NCBI RefSeq assembly: GCF_000014265.1
Contig: NC_008312.1
Coordinates: forward strand, 5,520,001 to 5,552,000
Source: Trichodesmium erythraeum IMS101
GTDB taxonomy: Bacteria > Cyanobacteriota > Cyanobacteriia > Cyanobacteriales > Microcoleaceae
Reading direction: 5' to 3'
DNA length: 32,000 nucleotides
Part shown: positions 9,383 through 18,503 of the stretch, in pieces
Position numbering within the stretch: position 1 is the first letter of the stretch
Layout: the number at the start of each line of letters is the position of its first letter
Position numbers and translations under genes: made by a program
Notes under the pieces: model-generated
Seen by the model: only the letters and a program-made list of their open reading frames with translations
What the model was told of the DNA's origin: nothing
Database searches by the model: none

Positions 9383-12300
9383 ATGCAAATATTAATTCCA
9401 GCATTATTTCTAACTGTCTGCTTTGGTCTAGGCTCTCTTCCTCTAACTAATTTAATAGTTAAAAATCTGGGAAATATTAACCTAACAAAAGTTGGTACAG
9501 GTAACCCTAGCGTGGCAGCCGCATTTGTTCACGCACAAAAATCTGTGGCAATATTTGCAGTCTTAGCAGAAATTATTAGAGGTATTACTCCTGTTTTAGT
9601 AGCAAAATTATTATTTCCAGAAATTTCTACTTGGCAATTAGTAGGATTAATATTTTTAGTGGCAGGTAGATATTTCATTGCTCAAGGTGGCGGTGTTACT
9701 AATGCTAGTTGGGGCGTTTTGATTTATTCTCCCGTTGTTGCATTGGCTTCGGGAATTACAGGTTTTTCAATATTAGTCATAGGTAAACAAGTCTTTCCTC
9801 ACAAGAATCAAAATATTCAAAAATGGTCGGCTCGTTTGGGATGTCTCAGTAGTTTTTTCTGGGTTTTATTCTTTCGCACCTCAGCATCTTTATTAGAATT
9901 ATTCGCAGCAGCAGGATTAGCAATTTTCTTAGTAGTAATAAACTTTTTCCAGAGTGATGATATGGCTTTACAAAAACGACCTATATTTTCTCTCAATAGT
10001 CAACTTGATGCTAAAATTTGTGGAGAAAAAGCAGCTAGATTAGCTTTACTAAAAAAATCCGGTTTTAATGTTCCTGAAGGTTTTGTTTTACCTGCAATTG
10101 AAAATGGAAATAGGAAATTGGTTGTGGAGAGTGAAATGACAAAAGCTATTCCTAATACTCGACTCCCAACTGGCTTTTTCTCAGTAGGTAAAATTTTAGA
10201 TAAGTTAGATAAAATGTCTGGGAGTTTTCCATTAATTGTTCGTTCTTCAGCAGTAGGGGAAGATAGTGATAATAGTTCTGCTGCCGGACAATATGAAACT
10301 ATTTATCCTGTGACAAATGAAACGGAATTATTAGAGGCAATTAATATTTGTCGTCAGTCTTATTGGTTACCAGAAGCTATTGCTTATCGGCAACAAAGAG
10401 AAATTCCTGATGGGGAAATGGCGGTTTTGATTCAGCCTTATATTATGAGTCAAGTTGCTGGAGTAATGTTTACTAGAAATCCTGTGGATGGTAGTGCAAA
10501 AATAATTATTGAAGCTTTGCCTGGAGGTGCAGCAAAAGTTGTGGGTGGGCGGTTGACTCCCCTACATTTAGAAATTGATAAAAATAGATTTCACGAAATT
10601 AAAAATTCCACAGTCAAAGGTAAAAGTTATCCTTCTATTAATGAATATGCTGATTTTTTTACTAAATTAGAAAATCAGGATATTTTACTTCCAGAAATTA
10701 TTCAAGAATTGGTAAGTAAAGCAGAAGCTATTGAAGAATTTTTTCATGGTTTGCCTCAAGATATTGAATGGTGTTGGGATGGGGAAAAAATTTGGATTTT
10801 GCAAAGTCGCCCAATTACTAATCTGAGACCTATTTGGACTCGAACTATTGCAGCAGAAGTAATTCCAGGGGCTATTCATCCTTTAACTTGGTCGATAAAT
10901 CGTCCTCTGACTTGTGGGGTTTGGGGAGAAATTTTTACTATTGTTTTAGGGGAAAAGGTAGCAAAGTTAGACTTTACTGAAACGGCAACTTTACTGGGTT
11001 CTCATGCTTATTTTAATGCTACTTTGTTAGGGGAAATTTTTAGAATGATGGGATTGCCGGAACAGGGTTTAGAGTTTTTATTACGAGGGCAAAAAATGGG
11101 AAAACCTCCTTTAGAAAAAGTCTGGTCTGCTTTGCCTGGTTTATGGCGTTTGATTCAAAAAGAAATGGCAATTGATGACGAGTTTGAGCGTGACTATCAT
11201 CAAATTTTTGTTCCCGCACTACAAAGTTTGGAAAATAATTTTCAACATAATTTTCCGGAAAATTCGTCTCAGTGTTTATCAGAATTATTGGTTCAAGTAG
11301 AAAGAATTCAGGAATGGTTAAAACCGATTACTTTTTACAATATTTTGGGTCCTATAGGTTTAGGGATTAGGCGATCGATCTTCGGTGTTTCTGAAGAATG
11401 GTTACCTACTGATACTGCTCCTGAAATTGTTTCAATTCGAGAATTACAAAGGTTGGCAGTTAAGTTGAAAATGGCAACTAAATCTGATGTAGAAATAGAG
11501 GCAGAATTTCAGCAAAATCAGGAATTACAATTGGAGTTTCAGCGATGGTTGAAAAGTTATGGTTACTTGAGCGAGGTTGGTACGGATATTGCTGTGGTAA
11601 CTTGGGGAGAAAAGCCGGATAATTTCCGCGATTTATTATTTGCAATGGCTCGGAAAGGTGAGAGAGAAAAAGATAATTTTTCGGTAAGGTCTTTAAATTT
11701 TTGGCAGAGTTGGCGACTGGGAAAATGTAGAAAACGTGCTAGAACTAAGGGTAAAATTGCTGAAGTTTATGGAAAACTTTTGGCTGATTTACGACGGACG
11801 TTTTTGGCAATGGAAAATTATGGATTAGAAGCAGGAATTTTTGAGCAAAAAGGAGATATTTTTTATTTGGAATTTGCCGAAGTTAGGGAATGGATTTTAT
11901 CTACAGTGGGTTTGGTCTCAGAAGGAAACCTAAAAAAGTTTAATACAGAAGCTCCTGTAGGTTTGGTCTCAGAACAAAATCCAACAAATAGTTTAGGAGT
12001 CTCGGAACAAAACAGAAAAGGATTTAATGTAGTTTCTCCCCACACTTCTCAAATTCCCCAAACTTCGCACAAGCAAGTGATTATCAAGAATGAAATAAGT
12101 TATCTCAATCTCAGAGAACTTATCCGTCAAAGGCAGGAACAGTTGGAAAAAGATGGCGATCGCCTAGTTCCCTCTGTAGTTTATGGGAATGTATTACCCC
12201 AAGAAAGTCAGGAAACTTTCTCTAGTGAGGAAAATGTTTCTTTTTTACAAGGGATACCAGGGAGTGTTGGGTGTGTGGAAGGTTATATCAAGGTTTGTCG

Positions 12301-12559
12301 GAGTTTAGAAGTAAATCTTACTGAGGATGAAGGTTTAATTATAGTTGTGCCTTATACGGATGCTGGTTGGGCGCCTTTGTTATTGAAGGCAAAGGGTATT
12401 ATTGCTGAAGTGGGGGGGCAGTTATCCCACGGAGCTATTATTGCGCGGGAGTATGGCATTCCGGCAGTAATGAATATTTCTGGAGCGATGACTCGTTTAC
12501 AGGATGGGCAGAAAGTTAGGGTAGATGGGTTTCGGGGTACTGTGGAATTGTTATTTTAA
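9383..12559 (+). CDS. PlsY-like integral membrane domain fused to a PEP-utilising, rifampin-phosphotransferase/PEP-synthase-like dikinase (ATP-grasp + swivelling His domain), 1058 aa
   Basis: The ATG at 9383 is in frame with track ORF 9266-12559. Motifs: GSLPLT, GTGNPSVAA, AQGGGVTNA (PlsY-like); ICGEKAARLA, VRSSAVGEDSDNSSAAGQYET, DIEWCWDGEKIWILQSRPIT (PPDK_N-like); GGQLSHGAIIAREYGIPAV (mobile His domain). Confidence 0.75.
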   Translation: MQILIPALFLTVCFGLGSLPLTNLIVKNLGNINLTKVGTGNPSVAAAFVHAQKSVAIFAVLAEIIRGITPVLVAKLLFPEISTWQLVGLIFLVAGRYFIAQGGGVTNASWGVLIYSPVVALASGITGFSILVIGKQVFPHKNQNIQKWSARLGCLSSFFWVLFFRTSASLLELFAAAGLAIFLVVINFFQSDDMALQKRPIFSLNSQLDAKICGEKAARLALLKKSGFNVPEGFVLPAIENGNRKLVVESEMTKAIPNTRLPTGFFSVGKILDKLDKMSGSFPLIVRSSAVGEDSDNSSAAGQYETIYPVTNETELLEAINICRQSYWLPEAIAYRQQREIPDGEMAVLIQPYIMSQVAGVMFTRNPVDGSAKIIIEALPGGAAKVVGGRLTPLHLEIDKNRFHEIKNSTVKGKSYPSINEYADFFTKLENQDILLPEIIQELVSKAEAIEEFFHGLPQDIEWCWDGEKIWILQSRPITNLRPIWTRTIAAEVIPGAIHPLTWSINRPLTCGVWGEIFTIVLGEKVAKLDFTETATLLGSHAYFNATLLGEIFRMMGLPEQGLEFLLRGQKMGKPPLEKVWSALPGLWRLIQKEMAIDDEFERDYHQIFVPALQSLENNFQHNFPENSSQCLSELLVQVERIQEWLKPITFYNILGPIGLGIRRSIFGVSEEWLPTDTAPEIVSIRELQRLAVKLKMATKSDVEIEAEFQQNQELQLEFQRWLKSYGYLSEVGTDIAVVTWGEKPDNFRDLLFAMARKGEREKDNFSVRSLNFWQSWRLGKCRKRARTKGKIAEVYGKLLADLRRTFLAMENYGLEAGIFEQKGDIFYLEFAEVREWILSTVGLVSEGNLKKFNTEAPVGLVSEQNPTNSLGVSEQNRKGFNVVSPHTSQIPQTSHKQVIIKNEISYLNLRELIRQRQEQLEKDGDRLVPSVVYGNVLPQESQETFSSEENVSFLQGIPGSVGCVEGYIKVCRSLEVNLTEDEGLIIVVPYTDAGWAPLLLKAKGIIAEVGGQLSHGAIIAREYGIPAVMNISGAMTRLQDGQKVRVDGFRGTVELLF

Positions 12560-12708
12560 GTATTTGGATACTCACAAGGAAAAGATGCAGTAAATAATTT
12601 TAAAAAAACTCCTAAAATTAATTCAACCAATTTTAGAGAAAAATCCAGATTTGGGAAAAGATGATCAAAAATTCCCGATTGGTGTCAGAATGAAAGTCTT
12701 TTTGGATT

Positions 12709-13852
12709 AGACATCTCCAAAAATCAACAAAGCCTTTCCTTGACTTGATCTTAGCCTAGTTGCCATATCAAGCATCTTTGGTCCTAAAATACGCAATCAT
12801 AAATCTTTGAGATATTTTCTCTTACTAATTCAACATTTATTTCCCCCCATTTTCACTTTATTCTCTTAATTTATTATCTTCTTTTTATACTAATATTAAT
12901 GCTCCTATTCTTAATTTCACTAATCCACATACTACCATTATTACTTTCTCATAACTTTTCTCTTTTAATCTAAATCTTTCTCTCGCAATTCCAAATATTT
13001 TTAGTAATCTAATTACATGTTCTACGAATATTCTTTTTTGGACTTTTTGTTGATTTTTTTCTTTTATTTCTTCTGGCATTTCTTTTTTTCTTGGTTTCTT
13101 TTTTGGTGTACTTGTTCTTTCTGCTCCTTGATCTGCCTTATCCCCTTGAAAATATTGATTATCCTTAAAATTTTCCCGTTGTTTGTTTAATAAATTTATA
13201 TCACTTAATGGTCCCCTTTCTCCGATAATTACATCCACTATTTCTGTTCCTTTTGGTGTCGTTATTATTTGATTTTTAAAGGTATTATTTTTCTTTTTTC
13301 CTGAATAATATTTTTCTGGTTTTTCAGATTCTTTTGGTCTTTCTCTACTTTGTTCTGAGCTATCTACTATTAATTCTAATTCCATTAACGCTTCTTTTAC
13401 CCCTTCTCATTCATCTTCTTTTTTTTTACTTGTTCTAATAAACTAGCTGGTAATAAATCTGGTAAAATATTTATCCAGTAATGAAATATATTATTGGCTG
13501 TTGATTCACTAACTCCAAAATTTATTCCTAATAATTGAAAAGTTGGTATATGATGTAAATAATATAGCGTTAAAAATACTTATTCTGTTTTAGTTAAAGT
13601 CTTTTTTCTGCCTCCACCTGGTTTAATTAAACTTATTTCTTTCTCGGCAATTACCTGGAAATTTTCTGATTCTTTGATAATTGCATTTTCTATTAATTGT
13701 GTTAGCTGTTCATAAGTAATCCCTATAATTCTTTTTGTTTCTTTCGGATAATTATGAATGTACTCTAAAGTTTTATTCATTGGTATAGCTACCTAAATAA
13801 AATTATAAATGAACATGACAATCTTATCTTATTTTCTATTTTGGAGATGTCT
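12709..13852 (-). mobile_element. IS5-superfamily/Harbinger-like element, copy B (full length, 1144 bp)
   Basis: AGACATCTCC at 12709 and GGAGATGTCT at 13843-13852. ATT on both flanks (12706-12708, 13853-13855). Confidence 0.9.
12885..13780 (-). pseudogene. Copy B transposase, disrupted by one in-frame TAA and one frameshift in a poly-A run
   Basis: ORF 13580-13780 ends ...KTLTKTE-stop where copy D reads KTEEIMLTLYYL, and VFLTLYYLHHIPTFQ continues in the same frame. The frame changes near the A-run at about 13415-13425. The DDE part is ORF 12885-13385 (YYSGKKKNNTFKNQ). Confidence 0.8.
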
Positions 13853-14419
13853 ATTGAAAACTATTTCGAGGCAAAAATTATCTATAAAGGTGTAAAAAAA
13901 TTGGAAAATAGCAATTGCAGTTTTTTTATAGATGTTTATATGGCTTATTAGAGCTATTAACTGAAGAATTTTTTTTTGAATTTACTCATCTTAACAGTAT
14001 TTGTTTCGGGAAATTTTGAGAATTATTGGCAGAAAAATTTCCTGATTAAGTTAACATAATTCAGCTAGATAACAGTGGTTTGCATAAAGTATTAATATTA
14101 AATATTACTGAGAATATAGTGTGACTATTTTAAGCTGCTTATAAACCACAATTTAATCCAATAGAAAAGTTATGATAATACATCAAGGAAGATTTTAAGT
14201 GGATTAATTTTGGCAGTATAGAGGAATTACAAAATGCTCGTTCCTAAAAGTTTAAGTAAGTTAACCCAAAAAGTAATAGCTCGAATCACTGGCTGGGAAT
14301 TTATAGAAAGGTTATGGCAATACATCAAGGAAGATGTTAAGTAGATTAATTTTGGCAGTATAGAGGAATTACAAAATGCTCGTTCCTAAGAGTTTAAGTA
14401 AGTTAACCTAAAAAGTAAT
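13853..14419 (+). mobile_element. IS630/Tc1-like relic type 5, part 1, ending in 142-bp tandem repeats (14161-14419)
   Basis: Degenerate ...IIQLDNSGLHK...KPQFNPIEKL..YIKEDFKWINFGSIEELQNA... The tail unit repeats with a 142-bp period. It is cut by insertion of IS5-like copy C. Confidence 0.65.
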
Positions 14420-14719
14420 AGACATCTCCAAAATAGAAAATAAGGTAAAATTATCAAAACCATTTATGTATACAGTCTCCCAAATAAATCCAACTTTAGG
14501 ATATATTTATAATTATCCAAAAGAAACAAAAAGAATTATTGGTATTACTTATAAACAGCTAATACAATTAATAGAAAATGCCCCTAAGAATAGAATAAAA
14601 AAAGTCGGCAATCGCCAAAATATAAAAAAGATTAATTAAAGCAGGTGGAGTCATAAAAAAGAATTTAACAAGGGAAGAAGAAATAATTTTCACATGATTT
14701 TATTTACATCAAATACTAA

Positions 14720-16095
14720 CGGGACTTTAGCAAATTTCAAGCCCAAACAAACCCTAAACTCTCTTTATGAGCGGTAAATACGTCGATGTTTTCATCTAAC
14801 CACTCAACAAAACGATAAGATATTGCGGTACGAAATGCTTCTAAAGTATCAGTAAACGTATTTAATGGTTTGTTAGCCCAACGCCTTCTTATACCTCCTG
14901 TTAACTGATGCCAGATAATAAATGTATAAGCACAAAATACTAAAATAAAATGCCTTTTAAGGCTGATTTTATCTCTGACTTGATATTCTCTTAATCCTAA
15001 CCATCCTTTGGCTTCCCTGTAGAAAACTTCCACCCAATTTCTTTGAGAATAAGTAGAATATATCCACTCAGGAGTTACATATTTGTCTTCTCTATTAGTG
15101 ATATAATAGTTAATATCAGTGGCCTCAGAAAAACTTTTAGCATTCATAACGATAGCTATAGTTTTTTGACCTGACATCCTAGATATTTCTACTTCTAATG
15201 TAGCTACCCAAACTTCTCTAGCATTTTTTGTACTTAGTTGAACTAAGTTGAAAGCTTTCTGAGGTATACTTTCTGCCAGCTTGTCTAATCTAATTTCCTC
15301 TTTAATGTCATCTTGTTTTTTAATGATGACTTTTCGATTTTTAGCTAATCCTCCTATATAAGTTAAACTTCTTTTCTCTAGTTGATTTAAGAATGATGTA
15401 TTGTTACCATAGCCAAATTTCAATTAACACAATTTCTGGTTGGTGTCCTCTGGACAAACATTGATCTACTAGAGACATTGCACTCGTCTGGTTTCTTGAC
15501 AAATTCTGGGTCTTTTTTTCCTTTTGGAAAAGAATCAGCTTTCTGATACAAAGCTATGTCTAAAGGTAGACTTTTAACTCCATCATAAAGATGAGTTGTC
15601 ACCACGACTACACCATTATCTGTTTTTCCTATTTCTCCTATATATTGCCGCCCTACTCCTGCAGTAAAATTACCACTTTTTCTGTGGCCTGAATCGTCTA
15701 TAATTAAAGCAATAGGATCGAGAAGGTTTTGTTTGGCGACGTTCCCACATTACTTGAAGACGACGCTCATTCACAGCATCTACAGACCAATTTGCTCGAA
15801 CTAGAAAATGCCGTAATTTGTGGTACGTGTGACCTACAGTGTTGTTGGCAATTTGAGACAAGTTTTTTCGATCGCTTTCTCAAGAGTAATCCTCCTATAT
15901 ATTCCCTAAACCCTGTTTTTTGGGCTTTTGTTTTAAAGACATTGTTAAAGCGATCGCACCATCGATGGAAACAAGAGGGCATGGCCACTGAAGTTGTTTC
16001 TTTCATCAAACTTTTCCCAGGCCAGTAATTAACGTAAAATACATATCAGGTATACATTATACCCTTTTTTTTACTATTTTTTCACTAAAGTCCCG
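14720..16095 (-). mobile_element. IS701-like element, copy 2 (1376 bp)
   Basis: Same termini as copy 1. 4-bp duplication CTAA at 14716-14719 and 16096-16099. All tracked ORF translations are identical to copy 1. Confidence 0.9.
14737..16009 (-). pseudogene. IS701-family transposase, with the same multiple frame breaks as copy 1
   Basis: ORFs 15767-16009, 15670-15861, 15420-15605 and 14737-15423 carry consecutive parts of one transposase in different frames. Confidence 0.8.
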
Positions 16096-16532
16096 CTAAG
16101 TTTTCAAACATTAGGAATTAACTTTGATATCAGTGAATCAAGTGCTAATAATATTTTTCATTACTGGATAGATATTCTCAGATAATTACTGCCAGCAAGT
16201 TTATTAGAAAAAGTAAAAAAAGAAAATGAATTGGAATGGGTAAAGGAGATATTAACAGAATTCTAATTAATTTTAGATATTACAGAACAAGGTAGAAGAA
16301 GACCAAGTGAATATAAAAACCAAGAAAAATATCAAATATGAAAAAAGAAAAATTATACTTTTAAAAATTAAATAATAACGATACCAAAAGGAACAGAAAT
16401 AGTGGATGTAATAGTAGGAGAAAAAGGTCCAGTAAGTGATGTAAAAATATTAATAAAACAACCGAATAAACTTGATAAAAAACAAAAATTTTAAGGAGAT
16501 AAAGCTGATGAAGGAGTAGAAATAAGTACCTA

Positions 16533-17724
16533 GACAAAATTAATTGTATATTCTGTACCAAAGTTTTTGAGGATTTTTTTCACTGCATTTACTTGCATTA
16601 GAATAACTCTCATAAGCTTCGCTTTCTAACCATTTATATTTGATAAAACGCCACCAAATTTCTATAATATTTAACTGTGTAGAATAAGTTGGTAAAAAGA
16701 ATATTTATAAACCTTTTTCTCTCCATTCATCTTCTTGATCCCAGAAAAGATTGTTTTGATGTATTGAAGAGTTATCCATTACTAAAACTGTCTTTTTATT
16801 TACTTTTTCACAAAATTTGTCTATGTAAGCTATCACAACATCACTATTTATACTACAGCTAAAAGTGTAAGCCTCTAGCTCATTAGATTTACTAAGAAAT
16901 CCTAAAACATTTAGTCTTTTACTTTGTTGACTTTTGATTTCTATTTTTTGATTTGTTTCTTGCCAAGCATAAGGAATATAGGGAATTAAACAAAACCCAC
17001 TTTCATCTAAATACCTAATTTCTATTTCTCCTTTTTCCTCTTGCCTTTTCAATTGTTCTAGCTTCTCAACTTTCCTCTCGTAAAAACCGGGGATAGGTTC
17101 ACCGCCTATTCTTCTTTTTATTCTGTACCATCCCATTTTTCCTAATTTTATTACTCTTTTAATTGTTTTTTTACTGACTTTAATTTTCCATTGCTTTGGG
17201 ATTTTTTCTGGGACTTTTTCAAGACTTTTAGGAGTTGCTTTTACCCAGTCCTTTATCTGTTGTTCTTGTACTGAATTAAAGGTCTTTTTTCTGCCACGAC
17301 CAGGCTGGTTATATAGTCCTACCAAGTTTGATGATTCCCATGAATTCAACCAATTATAAATTGTGTTACGACTTACTTTAAATATTTTCATCAATTCCAA
17401 TATCTTATATCCCTTCCAGCTTAGTTGAATACAATGTGCTCTCTGTCTTACTTGATAATATTTGCTCTGGAAGTGTAAATTCTGTCTAACATTTTCGACG
17501 TTTCTCTTGTTAACCCCTTAATATGTCTCATTCTCACTTTATGTTTCCTGATTGTTTTCCAGGGAGATTAGCAAACTGGCTGCCACTTCGTCCTCTGGCT
17601 GGGGGTGCTGTGCCATCGGCTGAAAGCCAAGTACGAAGATAATGGCACTTGTGCGATCGCTAACTTTTTCCCTCTGGACATTATTATCTAATACTTTTGT
17701 TAAAAATATACAATTAATTTTGTC
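16533..17724 (-). mobile_element. IS630/Tc1-like element type 1 (1192 bp), nested in IS5-like copy C
   Basis: 18-bp perfect inverted termini GACAAAATTAATTGTATA (16533-16550) and TATACAATTAATTTTGTC (17707-17724). TA on both flanks (16531-16532, 17725-17726). Confidence 0.85.
16540..17681 (-). pseudogene. IS630-family transposase with an N-terminal frameshift and one in-frame TAA
   Basis: ORF 16705-17400 (...VLVMDNSSIHQ...EWREKGL) is followed in the same frame, after the TAA at 16705-16707, by IFFLPTYSTQLNIIEIWWRFIKYKW. The region upstream of 17400 is in another frame. Confidence 0.8.
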
Positions 17725-18136
17725 TAATCACTTAACTACTACACAAAAAAAGAAATCAAGAAAAAAAGAAATTCCACCAGAAATCAAAGAAGAAAATCAA
17801 GAAAAAGCCAAAAAAAGAATATTTTTAGAACATGTAATAAGATTAATTAAAATATTTATACTTCCTCGAGAAAGATTCAGATTAAAAGATAATAATTATT
17901 AAAAAGTACTTTTAACAATATGTGGTTTAGTGCGACTAATAATTAGCTAATTTATATTAGTAAAAATCATCAAAAACTGAGATAAAAATAATAAATTAAA
18001 GTCTAATAAATATTTGAATTAGTAACACGAAGTATCTCTGATACCCATAAAACTGTACAAATTACTATCTTCAAGGTGAGCTAACGCTCCACTAAAAATA
18101 GTTAGTATAAGCGTTTGAGTATTTTTGGAGATATCT

Positions 18137-18480
18137 AATAGCTCGAATCACTGGCTGGGAATTTATAGAAAGATTATGGCAATACATCAAGGAAGATTTT
18201 AAGTGGATTAATTTTGGCAGTATAGAGGAATTACAAAATGCTCGTTCCTAAAAGTTTAAGCAAATTAACCTAAAAAGTAATAGCTCGAATCACTGACTGG
18301 GAATTTATAGAAAGGTTATGGCAATATATCAAGGAAGATTTTAAGCGGATTAATTTTGGCAGTATAGAGGAATTACAAAATGCTCGTTCCTAAAAGTTTA
18401 AACAAGTTAACCCAAAAAGTAATAGCTCGAATCACTGGCTGGAAATTTATTGTTAATGCTTTATCAATAGCCAATATTTA
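18137..18480 (+). repeat. IS630-like relic type 5, part 2: about 2.4 further copies of the 142-bp tandem unit, then the native C-terminal tail
   Basis: ATAGCTCGAATCAC recurs at 18138, 18280 and 18422. It continues the array that stops at 14419. Confidence 0.85.
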
Positions 18481-18503
18481 GGTAGCGATCGCCTTTCAGT
18501 ATT

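Larger units (their letters stand above)
14420..18136 (+). mobile_element. IS5-superfamily/Harbinger-like element, copy C; degenerate and carrying two nested IS insertions
   Basis: AGACATCTCC at 14420 and GGAGATATCT at 18127-18136. AAT on both flanks (14417-14419, 18137-18139). The flanks rejoin into one continuous 142-bp repeat unit. Confidence 0.85.

Noticed and set aside
441-12708. Composite transposon formed by inverted IS5-like copies A and B around the HTH/dikinase genes
   Set aside because: Both transposases are dead. Copy B has its own matching ATT duplication, so it inserted independently. The outer end of copy A is outside the window, so outer duplications cannot be tested.
16361-16561. 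Leu-rich 66-aa ORF
   Set aside because: It is antisense to the degenerate IS5-like copy C coding region, and its low-complexity composition is driven by AT-rich sequence.
17560-17680. Strikingly GC-rich patch with possible stem-loops, considered as a structured RNA
   Set aside because: On the minus strand it reads as the degenerate N-terminus of the IS630 type 1 transposase (MSRGKKLAIAQ...SRWHSTPSQ, resembling the RRHSTPQQ motif of IS630 relatives). It is therefore coding remnant rather than an RNA gene.
17642-17902. 86-aa ORF
   Set aside because: It is a chimera that starts in the IS630 type 1 terminus and continues into the C-terminal remnant of IS5-like copy C.
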